This document shows positions 19,971 to 29,513 of a DNA stretch of 64,000 bases, in pieces (positions within the stretch are counted from its first letter, which is position 1; each line of letters starts with the position of its first letter). The DNA is taken from the NCBI GenBank assembly GCA_026396195.1, contig JAPLXH010000006.1, forward strand, positions 13,784 to 77,783. The letters are read 5' to 3'. This DNA comes from Candidatus Nealsonbacteria bacterium. GTDB lineage: Bacteria > Patescibacteriota > Minisyncoccia > Minisyncoccales > JAGGXC01. Under the pieces are notes generated by a model, which was not told the DNA's origin, ran no database searches, and worked only from the letters and a program-made list of their open reading frames with translations. Position numbers and translations under genes: made by a program.

Positions 19971-22076
19971 TTATCGTCTTTTTCCTTCAATTATCTCTTG
20001 GGCAATATTCTGAGGCACTTGTTCATAATGGTCAAATTCCATTGTAGATGTTCCTCGGCCTTCAGTCAATGATCTTAAAGCAGTGACATATCCAAACATT
20101 TCTGATAATGGCACTTTAGCATCTATAACTTTTAAATTTAACCTATCTTTTGTCTCATCAATACTGCCTCTTCTTGAATTTAGGTCGCCGATAGTGTCGC
20201 CAAAAAATTCAGCAGGTATTACCACCTCCAATTTCATTAAAGGCTCCAATAAAACTGGCTTTGCTTTTCTGCATGCTGATTGAAACGCCATGGAGCCTGC
20301 GATTTTAAAAGCAATTTCCGAAGAGTCCACTTCGTGGAAGGAGCCGTCGTAAAGAGTCACCTCTATGTCCACCATGGGATAACCGGCCACCACTCCCTTA
20401 CCCATCGCCTCTTTTATTCCTTTTTCAGTTGCCGGAATAAATTCTCTGGGAATTACTCCTCCCTTAATGTCATCAATAAATTCAAAACCCTCTCCCCTTG
20501 CTTTAGGCTTTACCTTTAACCAAACGTGTCCGTATTGGCCCCGGCCTCCCGACTGTTTGATATATTTTCCCTCGGCCTCCGCGGAATCGTTTATTGTTTC
20601 TTTATAAGCCACTTGCGGCCTACCCACGTTAGCTTCAACATTGAACTCTCTTTTCATTCTGTCGGCAATAACATCCAAGTGCAATTCTCCCATGCCGGAA
20701 ATAATAGTTTCTCCTGTGTCGTGGTCGGATTTTACTTTAAAAGTCGGGTCTTCTTCGGATAATTTTCTCAAAGCCAAGCCCATTCTTTCCTGGTCAGCTT
20801 TGGTTTTAGGTTCAATCCTGATGGAAATAACCGGTTCCGGAAAAACCATTTGTTCCAAAACCACCGGATTCGATTCATCGCAAAGAGTGTTCCCGGTGGA
20901 AGTTTTTTTCAAACCAACGGTAGCGGCAATATCACCGGCATAGAGAGAGTCCACTTCTTCCCGATGCTGGGCATGCATTCTTAAAATCCGGCCGATTCTT
21001 TCCTTTTCGTTGGTATTAGAATTTAATAAATAAGAACCTTTTTGCAATGAACCGGAATAAACTCGAAAATAAGTTAAAGTTCCGACATAAGGGTCGGAAG
21101 CCACTTTAAAAGCCAGAGCGGAAAAAGGCTCTTGGTCTAAGGGATTTCTTTCAACTTCTTTGCCGGTTCTGGGGTCAATTCCCTTTATTGGCGGCAAATC
21201 AATAGGTGAGGGCAAATATTCGCAAATTCCGTCCAATAAGGGCTGAATTCCCTTGTTTTTTAAAGCCGAGCCGACGAAAACCGGAATAATCTTATAGCTG
21301 CAAACCGATTTTCTGATGACTTTTTTTATTTCTTCAACCGAAGGTTCTTCGCCCGCCAAATATTTTTCCAATAAAAACTCATCTTCAGCAACCACTTTGT
21401 CCAGTAATTTTTTCCGCCATTCTTTGGCCGTTTCCAATAAATCCTGGGAAAGTTCTTCTTCGATTAGTTCTTCTCCGCTCTCCCCCTTAGATGTTATTGC
21501 TTTCATTTTTAATAAATCAATCACCCCTTCAAATTTCTCTTCCTCGCCGATTGGAATTTGAACGGCCATGGCATTGGGAGAAAGCTTAAACCAAATGGAT
21601 TCCATGTCTTTTTTAAAATCAGCCCCCATCCGGTCCATTTTATTAATAAAACAAATTCGAGGAACGGAATATTTATCAGCTTGACGCCAAACTGTTTCCG
21701 ATTGCGGTTCCACTCCGGCTACTCCGTCAAAAACAACAACCGCTCCGTCCAAAACTCTTAAAGACCTTTGAACTTCAACGGTAAAATCAATGTGGCCGGG
21801 AGTGTCTATAATATTAATCCTGTATTCCCTTCCCTTAACAGCTTTGGTTTCGCCGGGAGTCCAGAAACAAGTGGTGGCGGCGGAAGTAATGGTTATTCCC
21901 CGTTCTCTTTCCTGAATCATCCAGTCCATAATTGCTTCTCCTTCATGAACTTCTCCAATTTTATGGGAAATTCCGGTGTAAAACAAAATTCGCTCACTGA
22001 CCGTTGTTTTGCCGGCGTCAATGTGAGCTATGATTCCGATGTCTCTATATCTTTCTATTGGATATTGTCTCGGCAT
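19971..22076 (-). CDS. fusA: elongation factor G
   Basis: [22 protein letters not shown]; 701 aa. Confidence 0.98.
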   Translation of the reverse strand: MPRQYPIERYRDIGIIAHIDAGKTTVSERILFYTGISHKIGEVHEGEAIMDWMIQERERGITITSAATTCFWTPGETKAVKGREYRINIIDTPGHIDFTVEVQRSLRVLDGAVVVFDGVAGVEPQSETVWRQADKYSVPRICFINKMDRMGADFKKDMESIWFKLSPNAMAVQIPIGEEEKFEGVIDLLKMKAITSKGESGEELIEEELSQDLLETAKEWRKKLLDKVVAEDEFLLEKYLAGEEPSVEEIKKVIRKSVCSYKIIPVFVGSALKNKGIQPLLDGICEYLPSPIDLPPIKGIDPRTGKEVERNPLDQEPFSALAFKVASDPYVGTLTYFRVYSGSLQKGSYLLNSNTNEKERIGRILRMHAQHREEVDSLYAGDIAATVGLKKTSTGNTLCDESNPVVLEQMVFPEPVISIRIEPKTKADQERMGLALRKLSEEDPTFKVKSDHDTGETIISGMGELHLDVIADRMKREFNVEANVGRPQVAYKETINDSAEAEGKYIKQSGGRGQYGHVWLKVKPKARGEGFEFIDDIKGGVIPREFIPATEKGIKEAMGKGVVAGYPMVDIEVTLYDGSFHEVDSSEIAFKIAGSMAFQSACRKAKPVLLEPLMKLEVVIPAEFFGDTIGDLNSRRGSIDETKDRLNLKVIDAKVPLSEMFGYVTALRSLTEGRGTSTMEFDHYEQVPQNIAQEIIEGKRR

Positions 22077-22124
22077 AAAATAAAAAAAACTAATATCTAA
22101 TTTTAATTTATGAATAAACTTTTA

Positions 22125-22268
22125 GGCGAGGTATGAATTTCAAAGGCAGCTTTCGGAGTCCTACCAGTACGGTTTCCGATTAAATCGGAATGGCGGGACG
22201 AGAACGCAGACCTCAAAATCTCGCTGGGATTTTGAAGGTCGATGACTTTGAAATTTACAACGAGCCGT
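22125..22268. repeat. GC-rich, MITE-like structured insertion in the rpsG-fusA spacer
   Basis: Imperfect terminal inverted repeats: GGCGAGGTATGAATTTCAAAG versus the reverse complement of CTTTGAAATTTACAACGAGCCG. Internal hairpins are TTCCGATtaaATCGGAA and CCTCAAAATC..GATTTTGAAGG. Confidence 0.6.
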
Positions 22269-22272
22269 CTAT

Positions 22273-22731
22273 TTACCAATTAAAACGGGCAAAAGCTCGG
22301 TTAGCTTCAGCCATGCGGTGAGTGTCTTCTTTCTTTTTTATGGCTTTTCCGGTATTTTCAGCGGAGGCCATTATTTCTTCGGCTAATTTTTTCGCCATTC
22401 CTTTTCCTTTTTTTGACCTTGCCGCATCAATAATCCATCTGGTAGCTAAAGTCAAAGCCCTTTCTCTTTCCACGGGAACGGGCACCTGATAGGTTGCGCC
22501 TCCGACTCTTTTTGGCCTGACTTCAACCAAGGGAGTGGCATTTTTTAAAGCCTCTTCAAAAACCAGAAGAGGTTCTTTGTTTTTCTTTTTAATCTCATCG
22601 AAAGCATCGTAAACAATTTTTTCGGCGGTAGTTTTTTTTCCCTTTTTCATCACCTTATTAATAAAAACCGCCACGCTCACGCTGTTGTGGATGTAATCAG
22701 GTTGGATTGTTCTTTTTTTAATCTTTGCCAT
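22273..22731 (-). CDS. rpsG: 30S ribosomal protein S7
   Basis: [17 protein letters not shown]. Confidence 0.97.
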   Translation of the reverse strand: MAKIKKRTIQPDYIHNSVSVAVFINKVMKKGKKTTAEKIVYDAFDEIKKKNKEPLLVFEEALKNATPLVEVRPKRVGGATYQVPVPVERERALTLATRWIIDAARSKKGKGMAKKLAEEIMASAENTGKAIKKKEDTHRMAEANRAFARFNW

Positions 22732-22734
22732 ATT

Positions 22735-23151
22735 TTATTCGGATTTAGGTCTTTTAGCTCCGTATTTTGATCTTTGCTGTTTTCGGCCTTCGACTCCGGC
22801 GGTGTCCAAAACGCCCCGCACAATGTGATATCTTACTCCGGGCAAATCCTTAACCCTTCCGCCTCTTATTAAAACAATCGCGTGTTCCTGCAGATTATGT
22901 CCCTCCCCGCCGATGTAAGCAGTTACTTCTTTGCCATTACTTAATCTTACCCTTGCCACTTTTCTCAAAGCGGAATTCGGTTTCTTTGGGGTCACGGTTG
23001 AAACCTTAATACAAACTCCTCTTTTAAAGGGAGCTAAATATTTTATTTTTCTATTTTTTAAAACGTTAAAACCGAACTTTAAAGCTCTGCTCGCTTGAAG
23101 CTTTTTGATTGATTTTCTCGGATTTTTAATTAATTGATGAATAGTCGACAT
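22735..23151 (-). CDS. rpsL: 30S ribosomal protein S12
   Basis: [19 protein letters not shown]. Confidence 0.98.
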   Translation of the reverse strand: MSTIHQLIKNPRKSIKKLQASRALKFGFNVLKNRKIKYLAPFKRGVCIKVSTVTPKKPNSALRKVARVRLSNGKEVTAYIGGEGHNLQEHAIVLIRGGRVKDLPGVRYHIVRGVLDTAGVEGRKQQRSKYGAKRPKSE

Positions 23152-23232
23152 AGTATAATTACAAAATTAATCAAGCGTTTAGCGCTTGAGTTTTAAATTA
23201 TCAAAAAAAACCAAAGGTGTCAATAGTTTTTT

Positions 23233-23850
23233 TTAAAAAATTATAGGCATCCCTACGAGTAATTTATAAATTAGGGAAATTAAGGGGCCCAAAAATCGGA
23301 AAAGAACAAAAACAACAAAAATTAAAATGAAAAATTGATACTGCGTTAAAAAAATTCTGATTTCTCTGGTTATCGCGGATTCCGGCAAAAAAGTGAATAA
23401 AAGATGGGAACCGTCCAAGGGAGGAATGGGAATCAAATTAAATAAAAATAAAACCAAATTTATAAAAACAACGTAACTGAAAAGATTATAAAGTCCGAAC
23501 GTTAAAGGCGCAAATCTCAAAATCATTCCGAAAACGAAAGCAAGAATAAAATTGGCAGCAGGCCCGGCCAAAGCCACTTTCGCTTCGCCGTATTTTTTAT
23601 CAATAAAGTTTGCCGGATTTATCGGAACCGGTTTTGCCCAACCAAAAAGCACGGGGCTCTGAAAAATAAGTAAAATCAGGGGAATGAAAACTGAACCCAT
23701 CGGGTCTAAGTGTTTTACGGGATTCAAGCTGAGACGCCCCGCCATTTTTGCCGTAGGGTCTCCCAAATAATCAGCCACTGCTCCGTGGGCGACTTCGTGA
23801 ATCACAACCGACAAAATTAAGATAACAAAAGAAAAAATAACAAAAATCAT
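23233..23850 (-). CDS. site-2 protease family (M50) membrane metalloprotease
   Basis: HEVAHG (HExxH) in TM1; polytopic; LNLIPIPPLDG motif. Confidence 0.85.
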   Translation of the reverse strand: MIFVIFSFVILILSVVIHEVAHGAVADYLGDPTAKMAGRLSLNPVKHLDPMGSVFIPLILLIFQSPVLFGWAKPVPINPANFIDKKYGEAKVALAGPAANFILAFVFGMILRFAPLTFGLYNLFSYVVFINLVLFLFNLIPIPPLDGSHLLFTFLPESAITREIRIFLTQYQFFILIFVVFVLFRFLGPLISLIYKLLVGMPIIF

Positions 23851-23933
23851 ATTTGATATTTAACTGATATATAAAATGATAGCAAAGATTACAACCCTTG
23901 CCAAGTCATTTCAAAAAAGATATATTATTTTAT

Positions 23934-24122
23934 ATGTCTAGAATTTGCCAAATTTGTGATAAGGGCGGTTCAGTGGTGGGAAAAATAGTAAAATCCAGAA
24001 GTAAATACAATCCCACCAAGAATTCGAGGAAACATCCCAATCTTCAATGGACTCGCCTTACCAGTGGAAAAAAAGTTTTAGCTTGTACCCGATGCATTAA
24101 AAAAACCGCTAAAAACAAATAA
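23934..24122 (+). CDS. rpmB: 50S ribosomal protein L28
   Basis: MSRICQICDKGG...SRSKYNPTKNSRKHPNLQ. The ATG at 23934 is preferred to the track start at 23898. Confidence 0.9.
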   Translation: MSRICQICDKGGSVVGKIVKSRSKYNPTKNSRKHPNLQWTRLTSGKKVLACTRCIKKTAKNK

Positions 24123-24136
24123 TTTTTATTTCAGCG

Positions 24137-24208
24137 CGGGGCATAGTGTATCGGCAACATTCGCCCTTGGGGTGGGCGCGACAGTGGGTTCGACTCCCAC
24201 TGCCCCGA
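24137..24208 (+). tRNA. tRNA-Pro (anticodon GGG), no encoded CCA
   Basis: Hand-folded cloverleaf: acceptor CGGGGCA/TGCCCCG, D stem GTGT/ACAT, anticodon stem CGCCC/GGGCG with loop TTGGGGT, T arm GTGGG-TTCGACT-CCCAC, discriminator A. Total 72 nt. Confidence 0.9.
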
Positions 24209-24214
24209 CTTTTT

Positions 24215-25249
24215 ATGGAAATTCAACTTCTTCTTAGAATCCACAAACTCCTTAAGGAAAGAAGAATAAAATTAGGATTGTTTAAGGACGAGAAAAAAGC
24301 CCTAAAGAAAATTAAAAGAAAAGAAATCATCACTAATAACAGTGATTTTAATATTAACTTGCTTAAAGAAGCAGGATTTATTTTTTTCCACATAGTTAAT
24401 AAAGCTGACCTTGAAACCGTGGAAAAAGTTAAAGCGGAAATGAGAGATATCGGAACGCGGGAAATCGTAGGAATCGGCGGCGGAAAAGCAATTGATGTGG
24501 CAAAAAAAGTGGCAGCGGACTTAAAAATAAGACTAATCTCCTTCCCTACCGCTCCCTCCCATGATGGCTTAATCTCCAAAAACTGTTCCTTATATTCCGG
24601 AAACAAAAGAGAAACAATGACAGCGGTTTATCCTTCGGATCTGATTATTCCTTTAAATTTATGGAGAAATTCGGGAAATTTAAGAAAATCAGGCATTTGC
24701 GATTTGCTCTCCAACTTGATTGCCCTTCAGGATATAAGCTTGGCCGAAAGAAAAGGAGAAAAATTTGAAGACCTTTATAAATACTTAAGTTTTCAAGCCA
24801 CAAAACTAATTCACGTGGAAAAAGAAAAACACTTGGCTTACGGCCTGATAATTTCCGGCTTGGCCATGGAAAAAACTTCAAGGTATTGTTCGGGCTCCGA
24901 ACACCATTTTGAAAGATTGTTCGCTGAAAAAATTCCCGATATCTATCTCCACGGCCAATTAGCGGGAGCCGGTACTTTAATTTCAGCTAAAATATATTCG
25001 AAGTTTTCAGATAACTTCAAAAAATTAAGATTTGACTCTAAAAATTTATTTGAAGTCGTGGTTGAAGAAATGAAAAAAGAAAATCTTCTTGAATTTGCCA
25101 TAGAACCTTTAAAAGATACTAACTTTGACCCCGAATGGTTAAAAGACCTTTCCCAAATAAGGCAAGACCGCTATTCTCTCTGGAATGAAATCAATTCGGG
25201 AGACCTTGACTGGAAATCTATAATTGAAGAAATTAAGCTTACCTCTTAG
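24215..25249 (+). CDS. sn-glycerol-1-phosphate dehydrogenase-like (EgsA/AraM branch of the Fe-ADH superfamily)
   Basis: GIGGGKAIDVAKKVA and FPTAPSHDGLIS match the G1PDH signature (PTA.SHDG..S). I moved the start to ATG 24215 because the track start at 24146 lies inside the tRNA. Confidence 0.65.
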   Translation: MEIQLLLRIHKLLKERRIKLGLFKDEKKALKKIKRKEIITNNSDFNINLLKEAGFIFFHIVNKADLETVEKVKAEMRDIGTREIVGIGGGKAIDVAKKVAADLKIRLISFPTAPSHDGLISKNCSLYSGNKRETMTAVYPSDLIIPLNLWRNSGNLRKSGICDLLSNLIALQDISLAERKGEKFEDLYKYLSFQATKLIHVEKEKHLAYGLIISGLAMEKTSRYCSGSEHHFERLFAEKIPDIYLHGQLAGAGTLISAKIYSKFSDNFKKLRFDSKNLFEVVVEEMKKENLLEFAIEPLKDTNFDPEWLKDLSQIRQDRYSLWNEINSGDLDWKSIIEEIKLTS

Positions 25250-25285
25250 AAAATAAAACCACTCTTTTTAAAGAGTGTAATTAAC

Positions 25286-25477
25286 GAGTCCCGTTTTTCC
25301 CTTAGAGGATTTCTGTAAAATAATTCAAGTGGGTGTTCACACTTCACCGCCAAGGCGGTGAAAAATTTTGAACTCCCTAATAAAAGTTTTTGTTGCAGAA
25401 TCTAGCTAAAGGAATTTAAACAGGACTCTATCTTATTTTAAGAGTTTAACAACCCGCGTCAAGGGGTTGTTTTTTTT
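25286..25477 (+). ncRNA. candidate structured small RNA of unknown class ending in an intrinsic terminator
   Basis: Long-range helix GAGTCCCGTTT (25286-96) / AAACAGGACTC (25418-28). It encloses hairpins AAGTG..CACTT and CACCGCCaaGGCGGTG. This is followed by CAACCC-gcgtcaa-GGGGTTG + T8 (25450-25477). No ORF is present. Confidence 0.3.
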
Positions 25478-25516
25478 GGCTGATGGCGTGTTACTTGAGG
25501 CAATTATCTCAAATGA

Positions 25517-26578
25517 CTACAATCCCAGTATCTCCACTAACTGTTTAATCATTGAAACAACAACCGGTGGTGGCATTAAACTATAAGCAGGAATGCCTTC
25601 GTCGTCGTTAACCTGCCAAGGTTTTTCAATTACTTTTATTTTCTTACCGGACATTTCATATCCAAATTCCGGAGTTACCTCATAATCATCAACAAAATCT
25701 TTTGCCTCTTTCACGGGAATTGAATTCCTTAAAATAACCTTGGGAATGCCATAAAGATTAAATGCTTTTTCAATTAATTCTTGGTCAAGCTTCAACCTGG
25801 CCCTTATTGGCTCAATCCCCAGCTGGTCCCCTTCTTTCATCACCATTTTCACTTTCTTGCAAGCAGGGTTATCGCACATTAAATAAAATTCTTTTGTGGT
25901 TTTATCAAATCCTATTTTGGAAGTGGGCAGTAATTTATGGTTTCTTGAGGTTTTGCAAACCGGACAAATCCTCCTGTATTTTATTCTCTCATTAATTACC
26001 GCTTCCGGAACATCAATTAAAACAAAAACATCCGGGTCCTGCCGGTAGTTAATCAGCTCCCTGAAAAACAAAGAATAAGATATCTGGTCCAATCCCCTCG
26101 GAAAACCATCAACAAAAAGGGCTTTTCTGGGCATTTTACTGATTTCTCTTTTTACCAAAGACAAAATGAACTCGGTTGGCAGTAAAGTCTTGGTGTCGCG
26201 GTTCATCATCGCTTCCAGGGTCTCCTCAAGAGAAATATAACCCCGATAATCTTGTTTTAACCATTTAATCAACTCCTCTTTTTTCTTTTCATCAGTAATC
26301 GCTTCCTCGTGAATCTGCCTCACCACGTCTCCAATGGATACATGAGCCACCTTGTCCGGACTTACTATTTCTCCAAACATCTTGGCATATGTCCCCTTGC
26401 CTGAATTTTTCTTGCCCAATAAATAAGCGATAAAAGTATTCTTTTTCAAATACTCTCTCAGTTTTTTAATTTCCGGCCCGGCTTTCAACTCAAAATATTT
26501 TTGGCGCTCTTTTGGGTCGTTTAAATCAAATCGTTTTTTTTGTCCCTCCAGTTTGGTTTTGAAAATAGGAAATTTCAT
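25517..26578 (-). CDS. atypical adenylate/nucleoside-monophosphate kinase paralog with N- and C-terminal extensions
   Basis: P-loop LLGKKNSGKGTY, DGFPR motif, four-Cys LID (CPVC...CDNPAC). It is 353 aa versus ~215 for a normal Adk. Confidence 0.6.
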   Translation of the reverse strand: MKFPIFKTKLEGQKKRFDLNDPKERQKYFELKAGPEIKKLREYLKKNTFIAYLLGKKNSGKGTYAKMFGEIVSPDKVAHVSIGDVVRQIHEEAITDEKKKEELIKWLKQDYRGYISLEETLEAMMNRDTKTLLPTEFILSLVKREISKMPRKALFVDGFPRGLDQISYSLFFRELINYRQDPDVFVLIDVPEAVINERIKYRRICPVCKTSRNHKLLPTSKIGFDKTTKEFYLMCDNPACKKVKMVMKEGDQLGIEPIRARLKLDQELIEKAFNLYGIPKVILRNSIPVKEAKDFVDDYEVTPEFGYEMSGKKIKVIEKPWQVNDDEGIPAYSLMPPPVVVSMIKQLVEILGL

Positions 26579-26586
26579 AAAGTTAA

Positions 26587-27456
26587 TTAATTATTTATTT
26601 GATAATCAATTCCATTGCTTATTATTTTAATGTCGCCTTCAAGGTCGGTTCTCATAATATTTTTTATACCATATTCTTCCAAGGTTTCCAAAGTTTCCGT
26701 AGCCGGATGTCCGTATTTATTGTCTTTGCCCACCTGAATAATTGCCACTTTCGGTGAAACTTTTTCGATAAATTTGGGAGCGCTGGAATTTTTGCTGCCA
26801 TGATGCGCCACTTTCAGAAAATCGGATTTTAAGTTCTCCCCTTCCTGTAAAATTTCATTTTCCACGGATTTATAAATATCACCGGTAAATAAAAATGATT
26901 GCTCGCCAAAATCCAATCTCATGACAATTGAAGAATTGTTCAAGCTTTTCGGTTCCTGTCCCTCCAAGCTTTCAAAGGGATATAAAACTTCAAAAACTGC
27001 TCCGTCAGCTATAATTTTCTCGCCGGCTTGAGCCATCACCACTCTGGCGTTCTCTTTTCCTAAGGCCGTTTTCCATTCTTGATATTCTGGCCCTTCGCTG
27101 ATAACTCCTGTCCACAAAATATTTTCCACCTTATAACTCTTTAAAATTTCAATGAGTCCTGAAACGTGGTCAAAATCAGGATGGGTCAAAATTACCAAAT
27201 CAATTGTCCTATCCCAAAAAGGCATTTCATTCCCCAGCTTTTCCAAGACCGTGGAGTCCGGCCCGCCGTCAATTAAAATCTGATGCCCTTGGGGTGTCTC
27301 AATAAAAACACTGTCCCCTTGTCCTACATCAAAAAAAGAAACCTCAAGCATTTGAGGCTGGCTAAAATCAAAAATCGCGAGCCAGGTCAAAAAATTAGCT
27401 AAAAATAAAATCCCAATCAAAACCGGGATAAGTTTTTTAATTTTTTCGGAAATCAT
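26587..27456 (-). CDS. ComEC/Rec2-related metallo-beta-lactamase-fold protein, TM-anchored
   Basis: FFDVGQGDSVFIETP, LTHPDFDHVSG, KVAHHGS. Confidence 0.8.
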   Translation of the reverse strand: MISEKIKKLIPVLIGILFLANFLTWLAIFDFSQPQMLEVSFFDVGQGDSVFIETPQGHQILIDGGPDSTVLEKLGNEMPFWDRTIDLVILTHPDFDHVSGLIEILKSYKVENILWTGVISEGPEYQEWKTALGKENARVVMAQAGEKIIADGAVFEVLYPFESLEGQEPKSLNNSSIVMRLDFGEQSFLFTGDIYKSVENEILQEGENLKSDFLKVAHHGSKNSSAPKFIEKVSPKVAIIQVGKDNKYGHPATETLETLEEYGIKNIMRTDLEGDIKIISNGIDYQINN

Positions 27457-27464
27457 TTATTTTT

Positions 27465-28232
27465 TTAATCAATAAACTTAAAAGTGGAAAGCATTTGATT
27501 GAAGATTTCCTTTTGAGGCGTAGTTACAGAAAAACGAAAATAAATATTTGATTTGCAAAATTCAATTTCGTCTTCAGCAATATTTTGTTTCAAAAACTCA
27601 TTAACACTATTGTTAGAAAAATTCGTATAACTTGAACAATTAAAATATCCTCCTGGTGCCACATAGAAAATCACATCTGCTTCATTTTTAATAAGGTCTT
27701 TGCTGTTTGGAGCAAAAATAAAAGATTGAGGATTAATCCCTTCAATGAATTCGATCTGGCCAGGACCTAATCTTCCTGGAAATTCAGATGTTGTTTTCCA
27801 TTCCGGTGGATACTTCACTTCAAACCCATACTCCTCATTCCTGTAAGTCTGCCAGCCCTTCGTAGCTAAAGCTTCGGAGGACGAGCTGGCGGTTTCGTTT
27901 TGGGGCCAAACAAACTCACATTTATTCTCAACACATTTACAATTAGGATTAACAGGCATTTTGCAAATAATATTTGTTGAACATTTTTCATCTTTTGATA
28001 CACAAGCACAGCCACAAGTATATTTGCAATCCCCATCAGAATTACAACTCTTATTACATAAATCACGATTTTTATCAGAACATTTTTTCTCCGGAATCTT
28101 TATTTCTGGAAACTTAATTGCTAGTTCTTTCTGCGTCTCTGAATACTGTAAAATAGTAAAACTAGCCAATGCAACGGATAGGATTAATATAATACCAATG
28201 GCTAATGGAGTTGAGATTTTTTGTTTGAGCAT
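27465..28232 (-). CDS. TM-anchored Cys-rich extracellular protein
   Basis: N-terminus KISTPLAIGIILILSVAL, then 18 Cys in ~70 aa (CGCACVSKDEKC...CKCVENKC), then a WQTYRNEEYGFEVKYPPEW domain. Confidence 0.7.
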   Translation of the reverse strand: MLKQKISTPLAIGIILILSVALASFTILQYSETQKELAIKFPEIKIPEKKCSDKNRDLCNKSCNSDGDCKYTCGCACVSKDEKCSTNIICKMPVNPNCKCVENKCEFVWPQNETASSSSEALATKGWQTYRNEEYGFEVKYPPEWKTTSEFPGRLGPGQIEFIEGINPQSFIFAPNSKDLIKNEADVIFYVAPGGYFNCSSYTNFSNNSVNEFLKQNIAEDEIEFCKSNIYFRFSVTTPQKEIFNQMLSTFKFID

Positions 28233-28278
28233 AGTTTTAATTTTTTATCATAATAATTAAATAAAAAGACAGTCGACA

Positions 28279-29406
28279 TCACCGCCAAGATAAAATACCA
28301 CCTTTACACGTAATGTCTTTCTCTTTTTTTGTATCTATATCAATAACTAAACATTTCACAATAGAATCATCAATATCGGGACCAATCCATTTATTAATTT
28401 TTGTTAAATATTTAACTTCATTTTTTATTATTCTTATATCGGAGACTCCCATGTTCATAAAAGAACCTAATATAACCTTGGGAACGGTTATTTCTTTTAA
28501 TTCTTTTGTTTCTTTATTTAATAAATTATATAAAAAAAGTTTTACTGTTCCATTGCGATTATCTATGTCAATGTACGATTCTGGTTCCATACCAAATCTT
28601 TCAGATGGATAAATTATAATATTCCCCGCCTCAATTGGCTCTGTCTGTTTTTCCTCAACGTTAAAAACCTTAGAATAAACTATATTATTATCATAGATTT
28701 CAAGACAAGTGGCTGATCCATTTAACTCTTCAGGTAAGGCTTCTTTTTTATCTGTCTCTATATCATAAAGATAAAATTTTCTATCTTCTCGAAAGATAAC
28801 TTTATTCTTTCTGCCGACAAAACAACTGTAACCCGTCGAAGTTTTAAGCAATGGCTTCATTTTCTTGGTATTTATATCAAAGAGAACTAATTCCTGATTT
28901 GGATTAAAATCGTCAATTATTTTTTTAATTATTATTTTATCTTTATGCGCACGGTATTCTCTAGCCCTTATGGATATTAATTCTTCTTGTTTTTCTGTGT
29001 TTATATCATAAAAGTACATTTTCCATTCTTTACGATTGTCTCGACTTTCTACCCAAACTATTTTATCTTCCGACAAGAATTTACTTAAAATTATAGCTGG
29101 TTCTTTGGTGACTTTAATGGTTCTTTTTTCTGGTATTATCATTAAATAAAGATTATCTTTAGATTCTCTTGGATCAGTTTCTTCATCAGATTCTGTCCAA
29201 ATAACTGCTTTTTCATTGGTAAATGAACAACGAGCAAAACATCTTTCTTTTGCTTTTTTGTCTAAAGTCTGAATCGTCAACGATATAATTTCTCCTATCT
29301 TTGTATCTATTTCTCTTTTATGCTGCAAAAAAGTAAAACTGCCTAACGCAACAGATAGGATTAATATAATACCAATGGCTAATGGAGTGGATATTTTTTT
29401 GTTCAT
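28279..29406 (-). CDS. TM-anchored beta-propeller-like (TolB/PD40-like repeats) protein
   Basis: The N-terminus is near-identical to the previous gene. Repeated (F/L)YD(I)xTxKxE strands occur (FYDINTEKQE, LFDINTKKMK, LYDIETDKKE, LYNLLNKETKE). Confidence 0.6.
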   Translation of the reverse strand: MNKKISTPLAIGIILILSVALGSFTFLQHKREIDTKIGEIISLTIQTLDKKAKERCFARCSFTNEKAVIWTESDEETDPRESKDNLYLMIIPEKRTIKVTKEPAIILSKFLSEDKIVWVESRDNRKEWKMYFYDINTEKQEELISIRAREYRAHKDKIIIKKIIDDFNPNQELVLFDINTKKMKPLLKTSTGYSCFVGRKNKVIFREDRKFYLYDIETDKKEALPEELNGSATCLEIYDNNIVYSKVFNVEEKQTEPIEAGNIIIYPSERFGMEPESYIDIDNRNGTVKLFLYNLLNKETKELKEITVPKVILGSFMNMGVSDIRIIKNEVKYLTKINKWIGPDIDDSIVKCLVIDIDTKKEKDITCKGGILSWR

Positions 29407-29513
29407 AATATTTTATTCTACCACAAAAACGCAGCGGAGAGCCTGTTGGTTCTCCGCTAGAGTGATTTTTTTCTTTTTTAAAAAAGAAATTAAACAATTC
29501 TTCTCCTGAAAAA

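Noticed and set aside
24146-24214. Track start (MYRQHSPLGWARQW…) of the G1PDH-like ORF.
   Set aside because: These codons are the tRNA-Pro sequence itself. The ATG at 24215, directly after the tRNA, gives a normal-length protein.
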